Of a DNA stretch of 64,000 nt, positions 57,599 through 64,000 are shown in pieces. Within the stretch, counting starts at the first letter, position 1. Each line of letters opens with the position of its first letter. Origin of the DNA: Patescibacteria group bacterium. Lineage in GTDB: Bacteria > Patescibacteriota > Microgenomatia > UBA10105 > UBA927. The translations under genes were made by a program, and so were the position numbers. The stretch lies in NCBI GenBank assembly GCA_049322955.1, contig JBMOPU010000012.1, forward strand, positions 408,150-472,149, written 5' to 3'. Below the pieces are notes generated by a model. It was not told where the DNA came from. It saw nothing but the letters and a program-made list of their open reading frames with translations, and did no database searches.

Positions 57599-58528
57599 AT
57601 GGAAACAACGCAAGAAAGTTTTTGGTACAAGCATCGTCTGGCAATTGCAATTACCCTTATCTTGATGATAAGCGGGACAATCGGGCTTACGTTTGCCGTT
57701 CGATCAATGAAGGCGGGGAGTGTTGTCAGTGTGGCGCAAAAAAATGAGCAAACGCTCTGCGCCGAGCCATACTCGCTGGAGTATATGCAAACACAGGTGT
57801 CGTGGGGAGATTATGAAGCAAGGCAAGAGCTGGCTGAAACCCGATTGCCTGAACTAGACCTCCAAGAGATACAAACCTTCATTGACAGCCAGTGCAAGCA
57901 AGCATCACTCATTGCAGAAGCGGCAAGATTTGCACAAACCGAAAGTGAAAAAGTACTGCTGTACAATCAAACGACAGATCTTCTTCACGAGACTAATACG
58001 GTATCGCGAAAGATGGCTGAAGCAATCTATGCTGATGCGACCGCGTGCGTTGATGCGCTTGGTAAAGCAATAAATGCCGATACAGAGAGCAATAATGGAT
58101 TGGTCATGAAGGCTAAGACATACGCAAGTAACGGGAAATGGAGATTTTGTAGCCACTTCGCGGATGAGGCAGTACGAGAGCTCAACGCACAACAGGAATG
58201 TAATGAAGCGTATTTACATGCAAGCGATGTTGTCGTTACGCAGAGCTCATTTATCCTTTCTGCACGTGATTATCGTGAACAATCAGATTGGGAGTCGTGC
58301 ATATATTTCAGCAAAAGAGCGGTACAGGAGGCGAATGCGATAACTTCCTGCAAAGAAACGTATGCGCAAGCTATGGAAATGGCACAGCAACTCCAGTTGT
58401 CGTTACCAACAATTGACGACGCCGAGGCGAGTATTTCTGCTTCAGATTGGGCATCCTGTTCCTTTTACAGCGAACAAGCACTTGCAACATTGGCAGGATA
58501 CATGCCCACCGAAACACCCCCGCCGTGA
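57599..58528 (+). CDS. membrane-anchored protein with about 5 internal Cys-pair repeats
   Basis: N-terminal TM. Repeated about 40 aa units each carrying S..DW.SC.FYS..A....C-type motifs (SNGKWRFCSHFADEA, SDWESCIYFSKRA, SASDWASCSFYSEQA). Confidence 0.45.
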   Translation: METTQESFWYKHRLAIAITLILMISGTIGLTFAVRSMKAGSVVSVAQKNEQTLCAEPYSLEYMQTQVSWGDYEARQELAETRLPELDLQEIQTFIDSQCKQASLIAEAARFAQTESEKVLLYNQTTDLLHETNTVSRKMAEAIYADATACVDALGKAINADTESNNGLVMKAKTYASNGKWRFCSHFADEAVRELNAQQECNEAYLHASDVVVTQSSFILSARDYREQSDWESCIYFSKRAVQEANAITSCKETYAQAMEMAQQLQLSLPTIDDAEASISASDWASCSFYSEQALATLAGYMPTETPPP

Positions 58529-58548
58529 GGCGGGATTCCGAGGGAGCC

Positions 58549-58600
58549 CCGACAGGCAATTGATCATATGGTTGATCACTTGTCGGGGTTTTTCTTAAGA
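58549..58600 (+). terminator. rho-independent terminator after the Cys-repeat gene
   Basis: CCCCGACAGGCAATTGATCA...TGATCACTTGTCGGGG long hairpin followed by TTTTTC. A second hairpin AACGAGC-ATTGG-GCTCGTT follows. Confidence 0.5.
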
Positions 58601-58668
58601 AAACGAGCATTGGGCTCGTTTATTTGGGAAAAACCGGGGAGAAAAATACGTTATACTAGATACATCGT

Positions 58669-58884
58669 ATGGATATAGGTAAGCCAAAGCGTGTCCGAGT
58701 AGCACTCCGTACTGAGGGTGAGGCAATGCACGAAGTAACCACAGAAGAGGGTGCTCCTTTAGTGCCTGTTATAGGCGGGAAGCCTGATAAAAAAACACAG
58801 AATATTCCGCTTTTGGACCTTATCGCCAAGATAAACTTCCGAGGCAAAGGCAAAACGAAGCCGCCGGAAGAGCCTACCGAATAA
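58669..58884 (+). CDS. hypothetical small protein
   Basis: 71 aa ORF. Confidence 0.3.
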   Translation: MDIGKPKRVRVALRTEGEAMHEVTTEEGAPLVPVIGGKPDKKTQNIPLLDLIAKINFRGKGKTKPPEEPTE

Positions 58885-58898
58885 ATTCGAGCATCCTC

Positions 58899-59210
58899 AT
58901 GACGCGCGTGTATATTGAAACCATCGGTTTAGATGTCGATCCCGATAAGCGGATTGTGTATCTTGCAGACGGCGGTGAGCGTAAGCTCACCGGTCGTGAA
59001 TATCAGGCGCTCAAAGCCCAAATTCAGGGCGCCACTTCGCTTGCGGAAATTGCCAGAAGCATGTCTGACGACGATGTGCATACCGGTCGCGGGGTCGAGG
59101 GAGCCGCCGATACCGTTGATGCGGGGAGTGCGGCAAAACATCTTGCGACGCTCCGTAGCAAGCTCGGCGCACAAATTGTACCGATTTTGAAACGGGGAAG
59201 AAAGAAATAA
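58899..59210 (+). CDS. possible OmpR/PhoB-type winged-helix DNA-binding domain protein
   Basis: KLTGREYQALKAQI...AKHLATLRSKLGAQIVPILKRG loosely matches the trans_reg_C pattern (LT..Ef.lL ... hi..LRkKL ... I.TvrG). Confidence 0.3.
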   Translation: MTRVYIETIGLDVDPDKRIVYLADGGERKLTGREYQALKAQIQGATSLAEIARSMSDDDVHTGRGVEGAADTVDAGSAAKHLATLRSKLGAQIVPILKRGRKK

Positions 59211-59226
59211 CGTATCGGTACAATCC

Positions 59227-59505
59227 TCAACCGAGAATTGCCCGTATTGAGGCGATGTCGGCCGCGATTTGATCATCCTCAAATTTACTCACCCGTCTGA
59301 TGACGCGGTCTATATGTGCCTTGGTTGAGAGCGGATCCTTTTCCAAAAGTCGTCGCAGTTCGCCGTGAATTGCGGCGCGCGCTGACTTGAGCTCGTCCGG
59401 ATAGGACTCTCGTGTGGTCGGACGGCGACGGTCGGTTTTTCCGGGAGGAAGTTTTCTCGTACCTTGTCGGATTTCCTCAATGATCTCGGGAGGATATTCG
59501 GTCAT
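59227..59505 (-). CDS. hypothetical protein
   Basis: 92 aa from MTEYPPEII. The longer ORF-track version would overlap the divergent kinase-like gene. Confidence 0.3.
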   Translation of the reverse strand: MTEYPPEIIEEIRQGTRKLPPGKTDRRRPTTRESYPDELKSARAAIHGELRRLLEKDPLSTKAHIDRVIRRVSKFEDDQIAADIASIRAILG

Positions 59506-59629
59506 CGGTATAGTATAGCATTTACCCCCATGATCATTTGCCTGTGTCTCATTGCATCGCCTATAAACATTTATCGCAAGCGCACTGCTATGTTCGGCGT
59601 CGCGGTCACGTGCTACAATCCATAGCATT

Positions 59630-60499
59630 ATGGTAGAAACTTCAGGAGGCGCTTTCTCCCGTCGGGAGCGGATGTCCCCGATGCGTACGCCGGAAAGAAC
59701 GGCGGAAACAAATCCGATAAAAAGTCCGGAACGGAAAAATCCGGGAAAGCCTGAAATAGACAAACATTCTCTCGAAGCCGTAAAAGCCAAAAAAGCCCAG
59801 AAGCCTGCACCCCCGTTGTGGCGGGAACGGGCGGAGTTCATGCCCGCGACGGCGGAGTTTTTCCGTCGGTGCGGGATTGATCCCCAGTACGTCAATCCCA
59901 CTCCTCTTGGTGAGGGACTCACCAATGTCGTGTTTTCCTATATCGCGCCCGACGGATCCCCGAAAGTTATCAAAATGGCACGTCAGATGCGCAAAGGATT
60001 CATGAGCACCGGGTACGATCAGGACACGGAAAACATAGCGCTTGTCAAAAAATATTTCGGCGAATATGCGGTACCCACCGAGATTCATAAAGATCCCGAA
60101 TCGGAAAGGTATCTTATCGTACAGGACGCAATTGAAGGCAAAGCGATTACCAATAAAATTGAAACCCAGGGGGTCCGTTCACAGCTTGCCGATATGGCCA
60201 GATTAAATCGCGAAATGATGCGTCAGACGGGGCATAGTTTGGACTTTATCGGAGTTCCCGGTTTCCTGACCTGGCTTCGGCATCAATACCGGGGTATTCT
60301 TACCAAAAAAAGCGAATTTGAAATATCCAATATTCTCGTCGATAACGAAGGAAAACTGAAAATCATTGACGAAGGATTATTACGGTTTAAAGGCGTGCCG
60401 CTCAAGCAATCGTCGATAGCCAACATCGGCTTTATGACCAACCGGCTCATCATGCGCCTGTACTTCGGTGTTGATCTCCTGCCACAACCGAATTCGTGA
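59630..60499 (+). CDS. protein-kinase-like fold protein (atypical small kinase, Kdo/RIO-like)
   Basis: Gly-rich loop LGEGLTNVVF, VIKMARQ (beta3 Lys), hinge LIVQDAIEG, catalytic/Mg loop SNILVDNEGKLKIIDEG. About 70 aa disordered N-terminal extension. Confidence 0.45.
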   Translation: MVETSGGAFSRRERMSPMRTPERTAETNPIKSPERKNPGKPEIDKHSLEAVKAKKAQKPAPPLWRERAEFMPATAEFFRRCGIDPQYVNPTPLGEGLTNVVFSYIAPDGSPKVIKMARQMRKGFMSTGYDQDTENIALVKKYFGEYAVPTEIHKDPESERYLIVQDAIEGKAITNKIETQGVRSQLADMARLNREMMRQTGHSLDFIGVPGFLTWLRHQYRGILTKKSEFEISNILVDNEGKLKIIDEGLLRFKGVPLKQSSIANIGFMTNRLIMRLYFGVDLLPQPNS

Positions 60500-61001
60500 C
60501 CGGATGCCTTCGAAGCCCGAGATGCGGGTATTTAAACGATGATCGCCTTGTCGGTTCTCCTCCGTTTTTTCGCCACATCGCAAAGACATCGGTCGACGGC
60601 GCCCGTGCACCGGGTTGTTCTGCCGCGTAGGCAAACGTTCCTTCTTCCTGTACCTCGCCTTGATTCCATGTCTGTTCGACAGGGTAGCGCTCCGCTTGGT
60701 CCCATCCGAACGGCGCATCGTCGTCGGGCTCCATAAAATGAACCGTTCCCGTTCGGGGATTATGGGTAACCAATACCCTGCGGACAAACTGGTCAACCAA
60801 CGCCATTATCCCTCCGGAGAACGTCGTCACTCTTCCGACTACTTCTTCACGAGAGGGTACTACTCCCATGCCAACCTCGTAATATTGTGCATCTGCCGCT
60901 TCCATTTCAGGAGGATAACCGAGTTCCGAGGGATCGAAAAAATCCGCATCACCGGACTCTTCGTACGAAGGGGTTACATAGCGGGGTTCCTTCCGTAGCA
61001 T
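60450..61001 (-). CDS. hypothetical acidic protein
   Basis: Start MLRKEPRY (ATG at 61001). Divergent from mreB. 50 nt convergent overlap with the kinase-like gene. Confidence 0.3.
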   Translation of the reverse strand: MLRKEPRYVTPSYEESGDADFFDPSELGYPPEMEAADAQYYEVGMGVVPSREEVVGRVTTFSGGIMALVDQFVRRVLVTHNPRTGTVHFMEPDDDAPFGWDQAERYPVEQTWNQGEVQEEGTFAYAAEQPGARAPSTDVFAMWRKNGGEPTRRSSFKYPHLGLRRHPVTNSVVAGDQHRSTGA

Positions 61002-61065
61002 ACGGTTTGTATTATACCGCACGGGGCAAGGCACGATACACGGATGTGATAGAATGATTTTCATC

Positions 61066-62121
61066 ATGCTTGACTGGATCTTTAGTCTTCTTTCCCACGA
61101 CCTCGGTATCGATCTCGGTACCGCCAATACCCTCGTCTATGTCAAAGACAAAGGCATCATGATCCGGGAACCTTCCGTCGTTGCCAGGCATCGCAAGACA
61201 AAACGGGTGGTCGCCATCGGTCGCGAAGCAAAGCACATGTTGGGGAGGACTCCGGAAACCATTGAAGCGCTTCGTCCGCTCAAAGACGGAGTGATTGCCG
61301 ATTTTGATGCGACGGCCGCAATGCTTACCCACTATATACGGCTCGTTCATATGCAACCCAAACGGGCGGGATTTCCCAGTATCCCGAAACCCAAAGTAGT
61401 CGTCGGGATCCCGTCGGGAGTAACCGAGGTGGAACGGCGCGCCGCCGCGGAAGCCGCGATTATGGCGGGAGCGCGGGAAGCGTATCTTATTGAAGAGCCG
61501 ATGGCGGCGGCCATCGGCGCCGGTCTTCCCATCCAGGAAAGTCGGGGGAGTTTTATTTGCGACATCGGCGGGGGAACCACGGAAATAGCCGTCCTTTCAT
61601 TGGGAGGTATCGTGGTGAATAGAAGTATTCGGACGGCCGGAGATGAAATGGACGAGGCGATCGTGTCGTTCGTTCGACTCAAACATTCACTCCTCATCGG
61701 AGAACCGACTGCGGAAGAGGTAAAAATAGCAGTCGGTAGCGCGTACCCGATGGATAAAACCGACCGGCAAACGGTTGTGCGGGGACGGGACATTGAAACG
61801 GGGTTACCCCGCTCGGTGCGATTATCCGAAACCGAAGTTCGCGAAGCGATATCGCCCGTTATCCACGAGATCGTCGAAGCGATTGCGGAAACCATTGAAG
61901 AGACCCCCCCCGAACTTATCGGTGATATCATGGAGCACGGCATAGTGCTTGCCGGCGGCGGCAGTAAGGTAAAAGGGATAGACAAACTCGTTGCAACAGA
62001 ACTTAAAATGCCCGTATGGATTACGGACGATCCGCAAACGGCGGTCGTGCGCGGGTGCGGAAAACTGCTTGATGATCCCGTTCTTCTTGCAAAGGTAAAG
62101 ATTGCCGCGCGCAAGGTATAA
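61066..62121 (+). CDS. mreB: rod shape-determining protein MreB
   Basis: LGIDLGTANTLVYV phosphate-1, GIPSGVTEVERRA, CDIGGGTTEIAV phosphate-2, VLAGGGS adenosine motif. Confidence 0.85.
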   Translation: MLDWIFSLLSHDLGIDLGTANTLVYVKDKGIMIREPSVVARHRKTKRVVAIGREAKHMLGRTPETIEALRPLKDGVIADFDATAAMLTHYIRLVHMQPKRAGFPSIPKPKVVVGIPSGVTEVERRAAAEAAIMAGAREAYLIEEPMAAAIGAGLPIQESRGSFICDIGGGTTEIAVLSLGGIVVNRSIRTAGDEMDEAIVSFVRLKHSLLIGEPTAEEVKIAVGSAYPMDKTDRQTVVRGRDIETGLPRSVRLSETEVREAISPVIHEIVEAIAETIEETPPELIGDIMEHGIVLAGGGSKVKGIDKLVATELKMPVWITDDPQTAVVRGCGKLLDDPVLLAKVKIAARKV

Positions 62122-62123
62122 TA

Positions 62124-62696
62124 GTGTCAATGCAGATCGCTTCATTGATTTCCACGCTCACCGAGCCGATGGTGCTCGTTATGTTTCTTATGGGTGTCGG
62201 TGCGTGGCAGGCGGGGCTTCGTGACTCGGCACTCGTATCATTCCTGATCTATATCGGTGTTTTTTCTTTGGCATCGTTGATCCTTCGCCGACTTGCCATG
62301 AAACGCCTTGACGTCAATTGGGACATATCCGACCGTTCTAAACGGGTAAAATCCCTCATACCGTTTTTAGGGATATGTGCGGTATTTTTTTCGGTTATCT
62401 TCATGTGGGGTAATAACGCATTGTCCGATTTTGGAATCTCCCTCATCGTTTGGTTAGCAGGATTTTCTCTCATTACCCTCCGGGCAAAAATATCGGGCCA
62501 TATGGCGGTATATATGTTAACCTTCGGATATATGATTATATGGTTTGGCGCCGTATGGTGGCTCTTTTTGTTGGCATTGCCGTTGGTTGCCTGGTCACGA
62601 TTAGTACTCAAACGGCATACCCTTTATGAGGTAATCGGGGGCACATTGTACTCAATATTTTTCCTGCTCATCTTCATGCAATTTTTTGAAAGGTAG
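62124..62696 (+). CDS. PAP2-family (phosphatidic acid phosphatase type 2 / UPP phosphatase-like) membrane protein
   Basis: 6 TM. KISGHM (PSGH-like) and SRLVLKRHTLYEV (SRx5Hx3D/E-like) motifs. Confidence 0.45.
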   Translation: MSMQIASLISTLTEPMVLVMFLMGVGAWQAGLRDSALVSFLIYIGVFSLASLILRRLAMKRLDVNWDISDRSKRVKSLIPFLGICAVFFSVIFMWGNNALSDFGISLIVWLAGFSLITLRAKISGHMAVYMLTFGYMIIWFGAVWWLFLLALPLVAWSRLVLKRHTLYEVIGGTLYSIFFLLIFMQFFER

Positions 62697-62705
62697 CATG
62701 GTTAC

Positions 62706-64000
62706 ATGAAACTCGGATCGGCATTTTCGGATAGCGTCATCACCGGACAAGGTCGTCGTGTGCGACCGAAAGAAGATGCACCCTGGTGGGTGGGTGCGGG
62801 GCGCGCACTTATTTTTGCCACGATTCTTTGTGTCAGTTTCTTTGTGCTGGTGTGGCGATTGTTTGATCTCACCGTTATTCACGGCAGGGAATATCGGCAC
62901 CTTTCCGATAACAATCGCACGCGAAGTTTAGTTCGTCATGCGCCGCGCGGAATACTCCTTGACCGTACCGGAACGCCGCTTGTTGCCAATATTGCCCAGT
63001 ATCGACTGTTAAAACCCTGTGAGGCGGGGGGAATTGCAGAGTGCGTGTCGTATCTTTCTCAGGAAGAAGGTGACAAACTCATGCACGGAGGAGGGCTTCC
63101 TGCGGGAGAGTATGTGGAAGTGGATTACCTCAGAAAGTATATATATGGAGATGCGCTCGCTCATGTCGTCGGCTACATCGGCGAACTTTCTTCAGAGGAG
63201 TTGGCAAGCGACTACTACAAAACCAGAAACTACGGGTTGGGTGATCGGGTAGGGCGAATGGGGGCCGAGGAAGTCTATAACGAACGACTCCGCGGGAGAG
63301 ACGGAAGAGAGCTCGTGGAAATCGATTCGAGCGGCAAGATCCTCCGTACCTTGGGAAGAGTGGAAGAACTCCCCGGAGAAAATATTTACCTATCCCTTGA
63401 TGCCGGGCTATCGAAAGCCGCGGCTCAGGCGTTCCCGGCGGGTGAAAAAGGCGCGGTTATTGTGGCAAAGCCACAAACAGGCGAAATTCTTGCCATGTAT
63501 TCGAGTCCGGGATTTTCCCCCGATGCATTTACCCTCGGGATGAGTACGGCACAGTATCAGGCACTTACGACGAATCCGGACCTCCCTATGTTTAACCGTG
63601 CCGTCGGAGGTGCGTATCCTCCCGGATCGACGTTTAAAATACTTACGTCCATCGCCGGAATAGAGGAAGGCGTGATTACCAAAACGACAACCGTCGAGGA
63701 CAAGGGAGTGATTACTATCGGTCCATTTTCATTTCCGAATTGGTACTTTCTTCAGTACGGAAAAACGGACGGTATCGTCGATGTCGTCAAAGCGTTACAG
63801 CGAAGTAACGACATATTTTTCTATAAGGCGGGTGAGTGGATAGGGATAACAAAACTTGCGGAGTGGGCAAGAAAAGTAGGGATTGGAAAACCCCTGGGAA
63901 TCGAACTTTCGGGCGAAACGGGAGGGCTTATGCCGGATCCGGCGTGGAAAAAACAGCGGTTTAACTCGGAAGAGGATAAGCGGTTACGAAACGACGAATG
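62706..64000 (+). CDS. mrdA: penicillin-binding protein 2 (elongasome transpeptidase), 3' end beyond window
   Basis: Hand translation of the frame starting ATG 62706: N-terminal TM, dimerisation domain, then the transpeptidase with the active-site STFK motif. The ORF is open to the window end. Confidence 0.7.
   Translation, partial: MKLGSAFSDSVITGQGRRVRPKEDAPWWVGAGRALIFATILCVSFFVLVWRLFDLTVIHGREYRHLSDNNRTRSLVRHAPRGILLDRTGTPLVANIAQYRLLKPCEAGGIAECVSYLSQEEGDKLMHGGGLPAGEYVEVDYLRKYIYGDALAHVVGYIGELSSEELASDYYKTRNYGLGDRVGRMGAEEVYNERLRGRDGRELVEIDSSGKILRTLGRVEELPGENIYLSLDAGLSKAAAQAFPAGEKGAVIVAKPQTGEILAMYSSPGFSPDAFTLGMSTAQYQALTTNPDLPMFNRAVGGAYPPGSTFKILTSIAGIEEGVITKTTTVEDKGVITIGPFSFPNWYFLQYGKTDGIVDVVKALQRSNDIFFYKAGEWIGITKLAEWARKVGIGKPLGIELSGETGGLMPDPAWKKQRFNSEEDKRLRNDE

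Noticed and set aside
60615-60998. 127 aa plus-strand ORF
   Set aside because: It overlaps the more protein-like minus-strand ORF 60450..61001 and has Arg/Cys-rich low-complexity composition.

Overview
This 64 kb window looks like a small-genome bacterium, possibly Patescibacteria/CPR-like: many small membrane or secreted Cys-rich proteins, few strong SD sites and archaeal-type CoA enzymes.

Supported housekeeping content:
- Ribosomal protein operon on the minus strand: secE, nusG, rplK, rplA, rplJ, rplL. Four non-ribosomal genes sit between nusG and rplK, and an extra ORF sits between rplA and rplJ.
- def-fmt, tdh-kbl, galU, galT-family gene, deoC, rpe and speH.
- rpmG (L33), present but missing from the ORF track.
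- mreB, a PAP2-like membrane protein, and mrdA (PBP2), which runs off the 3' end of the window.
- Four tRNAs, all on the minus strand: Trp-CCA, Thr-GGT, Tyr-GTA and Thr-TGT.

No CRISPR array and no rRNA were found.

Candidates for something novel:
(1) 51.4-56.1 kb: six membrane-protein genes around an SPFH/band-7 protein, flanked by long non-coding stretches.
(2) 41.5-44.8 kb: about 700 bp of gene-free, hairpin-rich DNA next to tRNA-Thr, then a deoxyribosyltransferase-like protein and a 665 aa protein with a beta-carbonic-anhydrase-like Cys/His/Cys pattern.
(3) 23.6-24.1 kb: tRNA-Trp preceded by two tandem degenerate tRNA-like units.
(4) 4.3-5.3 kb: an archaeal-type fused PPAT and GTP-dependent dephospho-CoA kinase.
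(5) 33.3-35.7 kb: a secreted FAD-oxidoreductase with SLH-like and dockerin-like modules.
(6) 56.6-61 kb: a loosely packed region of small ORFs, a Cys-repeat membrane protein and a protein-kinase-like protein.

Every call below comes from reading motifs by eye. No database search or RNA-folding computation was possible.
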